Below, one piece after another: positions 16,770 through 27,560 of a stretch of DNA of 64,000 nucleotides. The notes under the pieces were generated by a model. It ran no database searches. It saw only the letters and a list, made by a program, of their open reading frames with translations, and was not told the origin of the DNA. This DNA is from Bacilli bacterium (GTDB taxonomy: Bacteria; Bacillota_I; Bacilli_A; RF39; UBA660), in NCBI GenBank assembly GCA_047971315.1, contig JBKDZP010000004.1, positions 71,717 through 135,716 on the forward strand, written 5' to 3'. The translations under genes were made by a program, and so were the position numbers. Each line of letters begins with the position of its first letter. Positions within the stretch are counted from its first letter, which is position 1.

Positions 16770-18296
16770 TTACACAATTTTGTCTATTCTAGCAAAAATA
16801 GGTGTTGGATTATTTAAACAAGTCTCATTAGAAATATAACCAAAATTTATATCGTTTTTCCCAGATTCATCAACATTTAATTGTCTAAAGATTTCAATAG
16901 ATGTAGAAGGTAAATAAGGAGCCAATAACACAGACCCAATTCTAATCGATTCAACTAAGTTATAAAGAACAACTTTTAATCTATCTATATTATTTTCTTT
17001 AGCTAAAATCCAAGGTGTAGTTTCATCGATATATTTATTACATCTTCTAAAAATTTCAAATATAATATCAATTGCCTCAGATACTTTATATTCATTCATT
17101 TTGTTATCAATTAATTCAGGTGCTGATTTAACTAAATCAATTAATTCTAAATCTACTTTTTCAAAATCATTTATTTTATAAACTATACCATCAAAATATT
17201 TTTGAACCATTGAGATGGTACGATTAACTAAATTACCCAATATATTAGCTAAATCAGAATTTATTCTTTCAATCAATAAATCTTCAGTAAATATACCGTC
17301 ATTTGCATATGGAATTTCATGTAACATAAAATATCTAACTGCATCTATACTATACTTATTTACTAGATCATCAGCATATATGATATTTCCCTTCGATTTA
17401 CTCATTTTATCACTACCAGATAACAACCAAGGATGTCCAAAAATTTGTTTTGGCAATTTTAAATCTAATGCCATTAACATTATAGGCCAATAAATACTAT
17501 GAAATCTTAAAATATCCTTTCCAATCAAATGAATATCGGCAGGCCAATATTGTTTAAACTTATCACTACATCCATCAACATCATACCCTAAGAATGTAAT
17601 GTAATTGCTTAAAGCATCTATCCAAACATAAATAACATGCTTATCATCAAATGAAACAGGTATACCCCAATCAAATGATGTTCTTGATACACATAGATCT
17701 TGAATACCAGGTTTTATAAAGTTATTTACTATTTCATTTTTTCTACTTTCTGGTGTAATAAAATTTGGATGTTCATTTATATAATCTTCCAACTGTTTAG
17801 AATATTTACTAAGTTTTAAAAAATATGCTTCTTCACATGCTTCATTTACCTTTCTACCACAATCAGGACAATTACCATCAACTAATTGACTATCAGTAAA
17901 AAAAGATTCACAAGGAGTACAATATAATCCTCTGTACTCTCCTTTATAAATATCACCTTGTTCATAAAGTTTTTTAAATATTTTCGAAACTTTATTTTTA
18001 TGATCAATTTCAGTTGTTCTAACAAATTTATCATAACTAGTATTCATTATATTCCAAATTCTTTGTATTTCTTGTACCTTACTATCAACATATTCTTGAG
18101 GACTAACATTTGCTTCTATTGCTTTTTCCTCAATCTTTTGTCCATGTTCATCTGTACCAGTTTGAAAGTATACATCATATCCCTTGCTTCTTTTATATCT
18201 AGCAATTGAATCTGCTAAAACTATTTCATAAGTATTTCCAATATGAGGTTTTGCAGATGCATATGCTATTGCAGTTGAAATATAAAACTTTTCCAT
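16770..18296 (-). CDS. metG: methionine--tRNA ligase (short form without the C-terminal tRNA-binding domain)
   Basis: 508 aa. Contains the HIGN motif (PHIGNTY), a Zn knuckle CPDCGR and KMSKS. Confidence 0.95.
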   Translation of the reverse strand: MEKFYISTAIAYASAKPHIGNTYEIVLADSIARYKRSKGYDVYFQTGTDEHGQKIEEKAIEANVSPQEYVDSKVQEIQRIWNIMNTSYDKFVRTTEIDHKNKVSKIFKKLYEQGDIYKGEYRGLYCTPCESFFTDSQLVDGNCPDCGRKVNEACEEAYFLKLSKYSKQLEDYINEHPNFITPESRKNEIVNNFIKPGIQDLCVSRTSFDWGIPVSFDDKHVIYVWIDALSNYITFLGYDVDGCSDKFKQYWPADIHLIGKDILRFHSIYWPIMLMALDLKLPKQIFGHPWLLSGSDKMSKSKGNIIYADDLVNKYSIDAVRYFMLHEIPYANDGIFTEDLLIERINSDLANILGNLVNRTISMVQKYFDGIVYKINDFEKVDLELIDLVKSAPELIDNKMNEYKVSEAIDIIFEIFRRCNKYIDETTPWILAKENNIDRLKVVLYNLVESIRIGSVLLAPYLPSTSIEIFRQLNVDESGKNDINFGYISNETCLNNPTPIFARIDKIV

Positions 18297-18300
18297 ACTT

Positions 18301-18780
18301 TTATTCTCCTTTATTTAAAACAGTCCATCCTACTCTAGATTCATTTACATCAACTTCATTATCTACTTTTAAGTATTTAGTAAAAATACCTTGAACTATT
18401 CTATCACCTTTTTTTAAACTAAAACTAGCTTTACCCTCATTTTGCACCGAAATATACATATGTCCCTCATTACTAATATTATTATAATAATCTGCATCTA
18501 TTACTCCAACTTGATTTGTTAAACGAACATTATATTTAAAACCAACACTACTTCTGACAATCAAAAATAATGCTTCATCATCTTCCATATATACTTTTAT
18601 ACCAGTTGGTATTTTTTTTATTTCACCTGGTAATAATTCAATGTCATCTATTAAAAATAAATCATATCCTGCACTCTTTTGAGTTGAACGACAGGGTAAC
18701 TTATATTCTTCATATTTTATAATATTATCACTGATATCCTTTTTAAATTGTTTAAAACTAATTTTTTCAAATCCACGCAT
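18301..18780 (-). CDS. dut: dUTP diphosphatase (trimeric dUTPase family)
   Basis: Start at ATG 18778-18780 after GAAGGAGGG (the tracked ORF start lies in T-box sequence). Contains SAGYDL, VRSSVG, GVIDADYY and GDRIVQ. Its stop is 4 nt from the metG ATG. Confidence 0.8.
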   Translation of the reverse strand: MRGFEKISFKQFKKDISDNIIKYEEYKLPCRSTQKSAGYDLFLIDDIELLPGEIKKIPTGIKVYMEDDEALFLIVRSSVGFKYNVRLTNQVGVIDADYYNNISNEGHMYISVQNEGKASFSLKKGDRIVQGIFTKYLKVDNEVDVNESRVGWTVLNKGE

Positions 18781-18795
18781 AAAATTCCCTCCTTC

Positions 18796-19010
18796 AAAAA
18801 AAAAACATCCATAATTAAGGACGTGAATACGCGGTACCACCTTATTTCATAGTAAAACTATGCACTTAAAATTTTAACGCAATCAACGACTCAAACTAAA
18901 ATATTCATTTGAGTAATTCCAGAACCATTCGAAATATTCTATTTACTTATTTCCACCAAATATAAGCTCTCTTTAAAATAAAAATATTTTTCTTTCCTTC
19001 ATAATCTTTA
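18796..19010 (-). promoter_or_regulatory. T-box leader (candidate Met specifier) upstream of dut-metG
   Basis: The minus strand reads AAGG-UGGUACC-GCGUAUUCACGU-CCUU. The terminator is ACGUCC/GGAUGU plus U10 (A-run 18796-18805). AGAGAG and GGUGGAAA elements are present. A candidate AUG-G specifier lies at 18926-18928. Confidence 0.75.
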
Positions 19011-19036
19011 ACAGTTAAATTATATCATAGTTAAAA

Positions 19037-19567
19037 TTATTCTTCAATATATTTTGATAAAAATTGAGCAGCTATTTGAATAACTTTAAGTTCTGTTTCA
19101 TCTATTTGTTCATCTAAAGATACCATTATTACTAATCCAACCACATCCCCGTTATTAAATATTGAAGTTATAGCATAACTACACTCTACTTCTTCTTCTT
19201 TTATTACTTTAAGTTTCTTTTTATACTTTTGTAAAACATTTTCTCTTCTTTCAATTGCACGAAACATTTCTTCACTTATCGACTTTTTAATATAGTCCTT
19301 TTTTAATGGTCCAGAAATTGCTATAACATTATCCGTATCTGTTATTATAATATTATGTTTGACAAATGAATATATTGCATCAGTGAAATTATTTGCAAAA
19401 TCACCTAACTTTTTAACAATAGAAAACTTTTTTAAAATTACATCTTCGTTATAAATAAATATTTCTAGATTTTCACCTTCATGAATTCTTAAATTTTTTC
19501 TTATTTCTTTTGGAATTACAATTCTTCCTAATTCATCAATTCTTCTAACTACGCCAGTTGATTTCAA
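19037..19567 (-). CDS. spoVT: stage V sporulation protein T (AbrB-type N-terminus plus GAF-like C-terminus)
   Basis: 176 aa. Starts MKSTGVVRRIDELGRIVIPKEIRKNLRIHEGENLEIF. Position next to mfd, as in Bacillus. Confidence 0.85.
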   Translation of the reverse strand: MKSTGVVRRIDELGRIVIPKEIRKNLRIHEGENLEIFIYNEDVILKKFSIVKKLGDFANNFTDAIYSFVKHNIIITDTDNVIAISGPLKKDYIKKSISEEMFRAIERRENVLQKYKKKLKVIKEEEVECSYAITSIFNNGDVVGLVIMVSLDEQIDETELKVIQIAAQFLSKYIEE

Positions 19568-19639
19568 TCATTTCACTCCCTCTAATAAATAGTTTGACTT
19601 TTTTAGTTATATTTATACAACATAATTATTTTATTTTTG

Positions 19640-19648
19640 TGATATAAT
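19640..19648 (+). promoter_or_regulatory. extended -10 (TGaTATAAT) for the pyrophosphatase gene
   Basis: The sequence tgatataat lies 20 nt upstream of the AGGAG RBS of 19668. Confidence 0.35.
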
Positions 19649-19667
19649 ATCATCTAGGAGTGAATTT

Positions 19668-21290
19668 ATGGAAAAAACATATATATTTGGGCATAAAAAA
19701 CCTGATACTGATAGTGTTACTGCGTCTATAGCACTTTCATATTTAAAAAATCAACTTGGACATAATACAGAGCCAATGATTTTGGGTAACCCTAATAGTG
19801 AAACTAAATTTGTATTAAATTATTTTAATATAAATCAACCAAATTATTTAAATGACGTAAAACTACAAATAAAAGACTTATCTTACCTAAAAGACTTTTT
19901 TATGAATAAAGATAAGTCAATTTATGATGCATTTAATTACATGAATAAATTTGTAATCGGTTTATTACCAGTAGTAAATGAACTTGGTAATTATGAAGGT
20001 ATTATCTCAATGAAAGACATTACAAAATACTTAATCAATGAAAATATAAATAGTTTATGTACTTCATACAATAATATTCTAAAAACCTTAGAAGCTATAG
20101 AAATAACAAAATTTAAAGAAGAAATAAACGGAAAATTATTAATAGCATCTTACCGTAGTACTACATTTATCGAAAATATTGAATTAAATGAAGATACAAT
20201 TCTAATTGTTGGTGATCGTCATAGTATTATTGAATATGCAATTAATTCAAAAGTTAAACTTATTATATTAACTGGAAATTCAAATATTTCTGACCACCAT
20301 TTAGAAATTGCTAAAAAAAATAATGTAAATATAATTCAAACAAACTTTGATACTGCAACCACAAGTAAAAAAATATGGCTAGCTAGCAATCTTAGTTCAA
20401 TACTAATCAAAAATGATGTTATAACTTTAAAAGATACAACTGAAGTTAATGACTTTATAGAAATATCAAGAAAAAATAAATACAGTAATTATCCAATTTT
20501 AAATGAAAATAATAAATGTCTTGGTGTATTAAGAACAGCTGACATTAACGATGCAAAGAAGAAAAAAGTAATCTTAGTAGATCATAATGAAGCAGATCAA
20601 AGTGTTGATGGACTAAATGAGGCTGAAATAATAGAAATAATAGATCATCATAAAATAGGTACACTTGGAACAAGTATACCCATTAATTTTAGAAATATGC
20701 CTGTTGGAAGTACAAATACAATTATTCAAATGCTATTTAAAGAGGCAAATATTGAAATCCCAAATAAATATGCTGGTTTAATGTTATCTGGGATTATTTC
20801 AGACACCTTGCTATTTAGATCACCTACTACAACTGAGTTAGACAAGTTAGCAGTAAAAGAATTATCCAAAATTGCAAATATAGATTACGAAACATATGGA
20901 ATGGAAATGTTAAAGGCTGGAGCATCACTTAAGGGTAAAACAAAAGAAGAAATTCTTTATTCGGATTTTAAAAACTTTACATTTGATGATAAAAAAATTG
21001 GAATTGGACAAGTAATTACACTGAATCCTGATGATATAATCAATGAAATAGATGAGTATGTAATTTTACTAAATAACATTGCTGAAAAAAATAATTATTT
21101 TATAGTCGGTTTATTTGCTACAGATTTACTAAATAACGGATCATACGTCATTTTTAATGATAAATCAAGAAATATATTTGAAACAAGTTTTAATCTAAAT
21201 AATATTAAACAAGGTAGTTATTTAAAAGATTGTATTTCAAGAAAGAAGCAAATAATACCAAATATCATTGATACATTAGAAAAAAAATAA
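19668..21290 (+). CDS. ppaC: family II (DHH) inorganic pyrophosphatase with a CBS/DRTGG insertion
   Basis: 540 aa. N-terminal GHKKPDTDSV, an internal CBS-like segment and DRTGG-like region, DHN/DHH (VDHNE, IDHHK), and a DHHA2 C-terminus. Confidence 0.85.
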   Translation: MEKTYIFGHKKPDTDSVTASIALSYLKNQLGHNTEPMILGNPNSETKFVLNYFNINQPNYLNDVKLQIKDLSYLKDFFMNKDKSIYDAFNYMNKFVIGLLPVVNELGNYEGIISMKDITKYLINENINSLCTSYNNILKTLEAIEITKFKEEINGKLLIASYRSTTFIENIELNEDTILIVGDRHSIIEYAINSKVKLIILTGNSNISDHHLEIAKKNNVNIIQTNFDTATTSKKIWLASNLSSILIKNDVITLKDTTEVNDFIEISRKNKYSNYPILNENNKCLGVLRTADINDAKKKKVILVDHNEADQSVDGLNEAEIIEIIDHHKIGTLGTSIPINFRNMPVGSTNTIIQMLFKEANIEIPNKYAGLMLSGIISDTLLFRSPTTTELDKLAVKELSKIANIDYETYGMEMLKAGASLKGKTKEEILYSDFKNFTFDDKKIGIGQVITLNPDDIINEIDEYVILLNNIAEKNNYFIVGLFATDLLNNGSYVIFNDKSRNIFETSFNLNNIKQGSYLKDCISRKKQIIPNIIDTLEKK

Positions 21291-21302
21291 GAATATAAAT
21301 TC

Positions 21303-24300
21303 TTATTTTTCTTTTATACATTTTTTTATAATATTTACTATGTCAATCAAGTAATAAATAAAATGCTTATCTAAATTTACAATATCTAATGTTATTACCA
21401 ATAAATTTGTTTTCATGCTAAATCTTATTTTTTTTGTTAATTTATTTGCATCAACAAATAAACTTTGTCCATCTATATTATTCGTTAAGTTTTCTGGTAA
21501 GGTAATTATTATGTTATTTTTAGTTTGTAATAATTTTGTAATATTTAAACTTTTAGCTTGTTTTTCAAATAATTCTTCATACATATAAATAATTATACTA
21601 TCACTTAATATACCAAATCTATCTTCTAACTCCATTTTAATTGAATCTAATTTGTCTAGTGAATCAATACTATTTATCATTTTATGAATTTCAATTTTTA
21701 AATCGACTTCATTTACATAATCATCACTAATTGTCGTCTCAACATCAATTAATGGTTGTTCATCTTTTTCTGCTACATCACTTCTAAATTTATTACCTTT
21801 TATTTTATTAATTTCTTCTTCAAGCATTCGCAAATATACCTCAATTCCAACCGAATCAATAAAACCAGCTTGTTCTCTACCTAAAATATCCCCAGCACCT
21901 CTAATTGCCAAATCCCTCATAGCAATAGCATATCCACTACCTAATTCAGTAAATTCTTTAATAGAATTTAATCTTTTTGTTGCTAACTCAGATAGTATTT
22001 TTTTCTTATCATACATTAAATAACAATAAGCAATTTTATTACTTCTACCAACTCTTCCCCTAATTTGATAAAGTTGGGATAATCCAAATCTGTCTGCATC
22101 CATTATTAATAAAGTATTAACATTTGGAATATCAATTCCAGTTTCAATAATAGTAGTACATAATAACACATTATATTCTCTAGAAATAAACTTAATCATT
22201 ACATCTTCTAATTCTTTTTTATTCATCCTACCATGGGCACATATAATTTTAGCATCAGGCACTAACTTAGATAATTCAATTCTTTTATTTTCCATATCTA
22301 TAACATGATTAAATAAAATAAATACTTGTCCATCTCTAGAAAGTTCTTTATAAATTGCATCTTTTATAATAGCATTATTTTCTTCCAAAACATATGTTTG
22401 AATTGGAAATCTATTAAATGGAGGTGTTTCTATTAATGATAGACTTCTGATACCTAACATAGACATTTGTAAAGTTCTAGGTATTGGGGTAGCTGATAAA
22501 GTCAAAACATCAATACTGTTTTTATATTTTTTTATTTGTTCTTTATGTTTTACTCCAAATCTTTGTTCCTCATCAATTACTAATAAACCTAAATCTTTAT
22601 ATATTATTTTATTATTAAATAAACTATGTGTACCTATTACTATATCTATAGTTCCATCTTTTAATTTATTTTTTATAATTTCTGTTTCTTTTGGAGAATT
22701 AAACCTATTTAATATTGAAATTTTTATTGGAAAATTTCTAAATCTTTCAATAATATTAGTATAGTGTTGATTTGATAATATTGTAGTTGGACATAATAAT
22801 GCGACTTGCTTCCCAGAAATAACTGCTTTAAACATAGCCCTAAAAGCTACTTCTGTTTTACCAAAGCCTACATCTCCACAAAGTAATCTATCCATTGGTG
22901 TAGTCATTTCCATATCTTTTTTTATCTCTTCTATTACTTTTAATTGGTCTATTGTTTCTTCAAATTCAAATTGTTCTTCAAAATTAATTTGATTTTCATC
23001 ATCAGGTGCGAATGCAAATCCTTTAGTGTTTTCCCTTGTAGCATATAACTCTAATAATTGTCCAGCAATATCCTCTAATTTTTTTCTTACTCTTAATTTA
23101 GTTTTTTCCCATTCAGTACTCCCTAATTTATTTATTTTTGGTACTACACTATCAGATGATGAGTATTTACTTATTAATTCTATTTTTTCAACAGGTATAT
23201 ATAATTTATCACTTTCTAAATATTCAATAACTACATAATCTTTTTTTATACCATTTTTTAATAATGATTTTAACCCAATATATCGGCCAATACCATGGTC
23301 ACTATGAACAATGTAATCTCCAACATTCAGTTTATTAATATCTCTAATTTTTACTCCAAATTTAAAACTATTTTTATATTGGCTATTATACTTTTTTTTA
23401 CCAAATATTTCATTTTCACTTATAACAACATAGTTTTCAAATTGAAAACCATTTATTATATTTTTAATAATGATATTTATTTTATCAATAAATAATTCAC
23501 GTTCATTTGTTATTACAATATTTTTATTATTAGTATATTCAATTATTTTATTTGCTTGATATAATGTGCTTACACAAATTATAACAATTTTTTTCTTTTC
23601 TAAAAATCCATTTAATATTTTATTTATTTCATTAAAATCTGTTGGAAACGGTGCGTTTTCAAATGATTCATAATTTTTTGTATTATTTACACTAATTAAA
23701 GAATTATCAAAATTTGTAAAATAAAATTCATTATCATTTTGTATTTCATTTATTTCAAACATATATTTAATATTATATTCCCCAGATAAAATTGTATAAT
23801 TCAACATTTCATCTACTAATAATTCATAACTTGATTTTATTCGGTCATAATCATCGAAAAATATATTATATTTACCTAAATAATTACAAATATTAGATAC
23901 CTCAATATAATTGGGCATTTCATAATATTTAACTTCCTCTTTTGTTTTAACTAATTTTTCATTATTTGGATAAATTATTATAGAATCTAAATTTTCTATA
24001 GTTCTTTGAGTGTTTTCATCAAAAATTCTAATTGATTCAATTGTATCTCCAAAAAATTCTATTCTAACTGGTTTAAAATAACCTATTAAAAAAACATCAA
24101 CAATAAATCCTCTAACTGCAATTTCACCAGTTGATGAAACTGTCGATTCTCTAATATAACCTAAATTATAAAGTTTAACTATTAAGGAAGATATCATTAT
24201 TTCTTCACCTATTTTTAATTTGATTATAGTTTCTTTATATCTAGCAATTGTTGGTAAAAATCTTAAATATCCCATTAAATTTGTTATAACAATCTTTTTA

Positions 24301-24602
24301 TTTTCATTTATTAAACTATTTAAAGTTTCCAATCTAGTATTTTTCAATTCTGGACTTATCGCTAAAGCTTCACTAGTTAAAAAATCATCCATTGGAAATA
24401 ATATTACATTATTTGTATAGCACGATAACATTTGATAAAAATTGGTTGCTTCATATAAAGAACTTGTAACTAATAAAATTGATTTATCGTTACAATTAAA
24501 GTTATTGAGCATATAAAGACATTTTAATTCATTAGTTAAACCACTAATATGTTGTTCATTTATATTATTTGAAAATAAAGTATTAAAAAATGACATAAAC
24601 AC
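21303..24602 (-). CDS. mfd: transcription-repair coupling factor
   Basis: 1099 aa. Contains a UvrB-homology N-terminus, the CarD-like segment GDYIVHSDHGIGRY, helicase motifs GDVGFGKTEVA and DEEQRFG, and TRG. Confidence 0.95.
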   Translation of the reverse strand: MFMSFFNTLFSNNINEQHISGLTNELKCLYMLNNFNCNDKSILLVTSSLYEATNFYQMLSCYTNNVILFPMDDFLTSEALAISPELKNTRLETLNSLINENKKIVITNLMGYLRFLPTIARYKETIIKLKIGEEIMISSLIVKLYNLGYIRESTVSSTGEIAVRGFIVDVFLIGYFKPVRIEFFGDTIESIRIFDENTQRTIENLDSIIIYPNNEKLVKTKEEVKYYEMPNYIEVSNICNYLGKYNIFFDDYDRIKSSYELLVDEMLNYTILSGEYNIKYMFEINEIQNDNEFYFTNFDNSLISVNNTKNYESFENAPFPTDFNEINKILNGFLEKKKIVIICVSTLYQANKIIEYTNNKNIVITNERELFIDKINIIIKNIINGFQFENYVVISENEIFGKKKYNSQYKNSFKFGVKIRDINKLNVGDYIVHSDHGIGRYIGLKSLLKNGIKKDYVVIEYLESDKLYIPVEKIELISKYSSSDSVVPKINKLGSTEWEKTKLRVRKKLEDIAGQLLELYATRENTKGFAFAPDDENQINFEEQFEFEETIDQLKVIEEIKKDMEMTTPMDRLLCGDVGFGKTEVAFRAMFKAVISGKQVALLCPTTILSNQHYTNIIERFRNFPIKISILNRFNSPKETEIIKNKLKDGTIDIVIGTHSLFNNKIIYKDLGLLVIDEEQRFGVKHKEQIKKYKNSIDVLTLSATPIPRTLQMSMLGIRSLSLIETPPFNRFPIQTYVLEENNAIIKDAIYKELSRDGQVFILFNHVIDMENKRIELSKLVPDAKIICAHGRMNKKELEDVMIKFISREYNVLLCTTIIETGIDIPNVNTLLIMDADRFGLSQLYQIRGRVGRSNKIAYCYLMYDKKKILSELATKRLNSIKEFTELGSGYAIAMRDLAIRGAGDILGREQAGFIDSVGIEVYLRMLEEEINKIKGNKFRSDVAEKDEQPLIDVETTISDDYVNEVDLKIEIHKMINSIDSLDKLDSIKMELEDRFGILSDSIIIYMYEELFEKQAKSLNITKLLQTKNNIIITLPENLTNNIDGQSLFVDANKLTKKIRFSMKTNLLVITLDIVNLDKHFIYYLIDIVNIIKKCIKEK

Positions 24603-24638
24603 CCTTCCTTACGCAAAAAATGATACATTGTATCATAA

Positions 24639-25196
24639 CTATTTGTTATATTTATTCATTAAATTATCAATACTTAAATAAAAGTAATCATTTAAAACTC
24701 TAATTGCTTCATTTATCACTTCATTTAAAGTAGTTAGTTCATCACCATTTAATTTTCCTAAAACATAATCTTTAGTATCAATTAATTTATTATTTGAAAT
24801 ACCTATTTTAATTCGTTTATATTCTTTGGTTTTTAAATTTAATTCAATATTTTTTAATCCGTTATGTCCTCCAGCTCCACCTTTAGATTTTATTTTATAT
24901 TTTCCAATACTTAGATCTAAATCATCTGAAATTACAAATAAATCATTTAAATCAATTTTAAAATAATCCATATATTTTTTTATAACATTACCTGATAAAT
25001 TTATATATTCTTGAGGTTTCAATAAAATTACTTTTTCATTATTTTTTATTATTTCACAGTATAATCCTCCGAATTTTGTTTTATCAAATCTAGTATTTTC
25101 TTGTTGAGCAAATTTATCAATAACCATAAATCCAATATTATGCCTTGTTCCATTATATTCATTACCTTTATTTCCCAAACCTACAAATAATTTCAT
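24639..25196 (-). CDS. pth: peptidyl-tRNA hydrolase
   Basis: 185 aa. Contains GLGNKGNEYNGTRHNIGF and GGHNGLKNI. Confidence 0.95.
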   Translation of the reverse strand: MKLFVGLGNKGNEYNGTRHNIGFMVIDKFAQQENTRFDKTKFGGLYCEIIKNNEKVILLKPQEYINLSGNVIKKYMDYFKIDLNDLFVISDDLDLSIGKYKIKSKGGAGGHNGLKNIELNLKTKEYKRIKIGISNNKLIDTKDYVLGKLNGDELTTLNEVINEAIRVLNDYFYLSIDNLMNKYNK

Positions 25197-25198
25197 AA

Positions 25199-26038
25199 TT
25201 ACTCTCCTTTATGATATTCTTTGTAAATATCATTTTTATTTACACCCCTATCAGATGCAACTTTTTTTATTGCTTCCATACTCGATTTACCTTCTTTTAT
25301 ATATAAATTTATATGTTCAATAATTGATAAATTTTTATAGGTATTTTCTTCTTTATTACCTTCAACGATGACAACCATTTCACCTTTTATGTCAACCATT
25401 TTATCAATTAATTCTGTCACCTTCCCTCTATATATTTCTTCATATTTTTTAGTTATTTCCCGGGAAATTGAGGCATATCTATTTCCCAAAATATTTAAAA
25501 TTTCTTCTAAGGTTTTTTGAATTCGATGAGGTGCTTCATAAAAAATTAATGTTGCTTTTAAGAATTTCAATTCCTCTAATTCTTGTCTCTTTTTTCCATC
25601 TTTATTATTTAAAAATCCATAAAATAAAAAATTATTTGCCCCCAGTCCAGAAACTGTTAAAGCTGGGATTAAAGCTGTAGCCCCAGGTAATGCAACAACA
25701 TTAAAATTATTTTCAATAGCAGCTCTTACTAGTATTTCGCCTGGATCACTAATAACTGGAGTACCTCTATCACTAACGAGTCCAACAGATTCACCATTAT
25801 TTAAATACTCTAACATTTTATTTATATTTTTTTCTTCATTAAATTTATGACTAGCTATTAGTTTCTTTTTAATTTCTAAATGATTTAATAATAAGGCAGT
25901 TACCCTTGTATCTTCACAAAAAACTACTGAAACATCTTTCAAAGTATTAATTGCTCTTAAAGTAATATCTTCTAAATTACCAATTGGTGTTGGAATTAAA
26001 AAAAGAGTCGGTGTATTATTATAACTTTTTTGGCTCAT
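25199..26038 (-). CDS. rsmI: 16S rRNA (cytidine1402-2'-O)-methyltransferase
   Basis: 279 aa. Tetrapyrrole-methylase fold pattern LFLIPTPIGNLEDITLRAINTLKDVSVVFCEDTR. Confidence 0.9.
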   Translation of the reverse strand: MSQKSYNNTPTLFLIPTPIGNLEDITLRAINTLKDVSVVFCEDTRVTALLLNHLEIKKKLIASHKFNEEKNINKMLEYLNNGESVGLVSDRGTPVISDPGEILVRAAIENNFNVVALPGATALIPALTVSGLGANNFLFYGFLNNKDGKKRQELEELKFLKATLIFYEAPHRIQKTLEEILNILGNRYASISREITKKYEEIYRGKVTELIDKMVDIKGEMVVIVEGNKEENTYKNLSIIEHINLYIKEGKSSMEAIKKVASDRGVNKNDIYKEYHKGE

Positions 26039-26047
26039 ACTATCATC

Positions 26048-26770
26048 CTAACTAAAATATTTTTTGATTTCTTGTGTATATTCACCATCTTCAGCATGTG
26101 CGAAAATAGGTGGTAATATCTTTATTCCTGGATTTCCATTTTTACATCCTTCAATTAAAAGTATATTTGATTCCTTATTTTTTTTTGGATAAACAAACTG
26201 AATCTTTTTTGGTTCAATGTTGTTTTCTTTCATTAAACAAATAATTTCAATAAGACGTTCTGGTCGATGTACAATAGCTAAATTTCCATTATTTTTTAAT
26301 AATTTTTTGCTAACTTTTATTACATCCTCAACATTTAAATTTACTTCATGTCTTGCAATTATCTTGTATTTGCTATCATTTTTTTTACTTACTTCATTAA
26401 CTTTAAAATATGGGGGATTACAGACAATAATATCATAAGTGTCACTTTCACATGTATCTGTATATAATTTAATATCTTCATTTATTATATTTATTTTATC
26501 ATTTAGATTATTTATTTCAACAGACTTTTTTGCTAATATACAAGCTTCTTCTTGTATTTCTATTGCATCTATTTTACAATCATATTTAGTAGCTAAAATT
26601 AAAGGCATAACTCCATTACCACAACCAATATCTAAAATTCTTTTTGATTTCTTATTAACTTTAACAAAATTAGCTAAAAGAATTGAATCTAATGAAAAAT
26701 TAAACATAGAAGAATTTTGATAAATCTTCACATTATCATAGCCTAATAAATAATTAACAACATCCATCAA
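26048..26770 (-). CDS. SAM-dependent N6-adenine methyltransferase, YabB/TrmN6-like
   Basis: 240 aa. Contains DIGCGNG and NPPYF. In the yabB position. Confidence 0.75.
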   Translation of the reverse strand: MMDVVNYLLGYDNVKIYQNSSMFNFSLDSILLANFVKVNKKSKRILDIGCGNGVMPLILATKYDCKIDAIEIQEEACILAKKSVEINNLNDKINIINEDIKLYTDTCESDTYDIIVCNPPYFKVNEVSKKNDSKYKIIARHEVNLNVEDVIKVSKKLLKNNGNLAIVHRPERLIEIICLMKENNIEPKKIQFVYPKKNKESNILLIEGCKNGNPGIKILPPIFAHAEDGEYTQEIKKYFS

Positions 26771-27560
26771 CGTTTACCTCTAAAGTTCCTCCACTTAATA
26801 ATAGAACAGTATAGTTTTTTTTAAGTACATTAACTGAAATTACTTTTCCTTGACCTGATTTTGTTTCTACAATTTTACCAATATGGGGGATATTTTTTTT
26901 ACATTCTTTATATGTATCGTCTTCATATTTTAAACAACATAAAAGTCTACCACATACTCCATTTATTTTATTTGGATTTAAAGCTAAATTTTGATTTTTT
27001 GCCATTGAAATTGTAACAGTATCAAATTCATTAAGATATCTTGAACAACATAATTGTTGACCACAGCTTCCATATCCTCCAATTTTTTTTGATTTATCTC
27101 TTACTCCAATTTGTCTTAATTCAATTCTAGTTTTATAAATTGTTGCTAGTTCTCTAGCTAAATCTCTAAAATCAACTCTTTTTTCTGAATAAAAATTAAA
27201 TATCAATTGACTTCTATCAAATGTAAAAGTAGCATCTATTACTTGCATTTTTAAGTCATATTTGTTAATTAGTTCTTTTATTTTTTCTAAAGATTTTTGT
27301 GAATCTTTCAAATTATTTTTATAGTTTAAATAGTCTGTTTTTGAAGCAACACGAATAATCCTACCTAGTTCTACTTTTAATGATGCAGTATCTATGTTAT
27401 GTTCATCTGTCACAACTTTTCCAAATAGCATTCCTTTTGTATTTTTAGTTACAACAGTAATATTTTTCTTTAAACTTAAATTATTAGTATAAAAATATTC
27501 TATTTTTTCTTCATCTTCAAATGAAACACCAACTATTTTTTCTTTATTTTTCATAAACAA
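26754..27560 (-). CDS. ricT: PSP1-domain protein YaaT/RicT
   Basis: 268 aa. PSP1 pattern with a Cys cluster GSCGQQLCCSRYL...GVCGRLLCCLKYE. Lies downstream of holB. Confidence 0.8.
   Translation of the reverse strand: MFMKNKEKIVGVSFEDEEKIEYFYTNNLSLKKNITVVTKNTKGMLFGKVVTDEHNIDTASLKVELGRIIRVASKTDYLNYKNNLKDSQKSLEKIKELINKYDLKMQVIDATFTFDRSQLIFNFYSEKRVDFRDLARELATIYKTRIELRQIGVRDKSKKIGGYGSCGQQLCCSRYLNEFDTVTISMAKNQNLALNPNKINGVCGRLLCCLKYEDDTYKECKKNIPHIGKIVETKSGQGKVISVNVLKKNYTVLLLSGGTLEVNVDGCC

Noticed and set aside
16588-16839. 83-aa plus-strand ORF in the metG-tatD gap.
   Set aside because: It overlaps the 3' end of metG, has no RBS and carries no recognisable motif. The minus-strand 56-aa ORF with AGGAGG explains the gap better.
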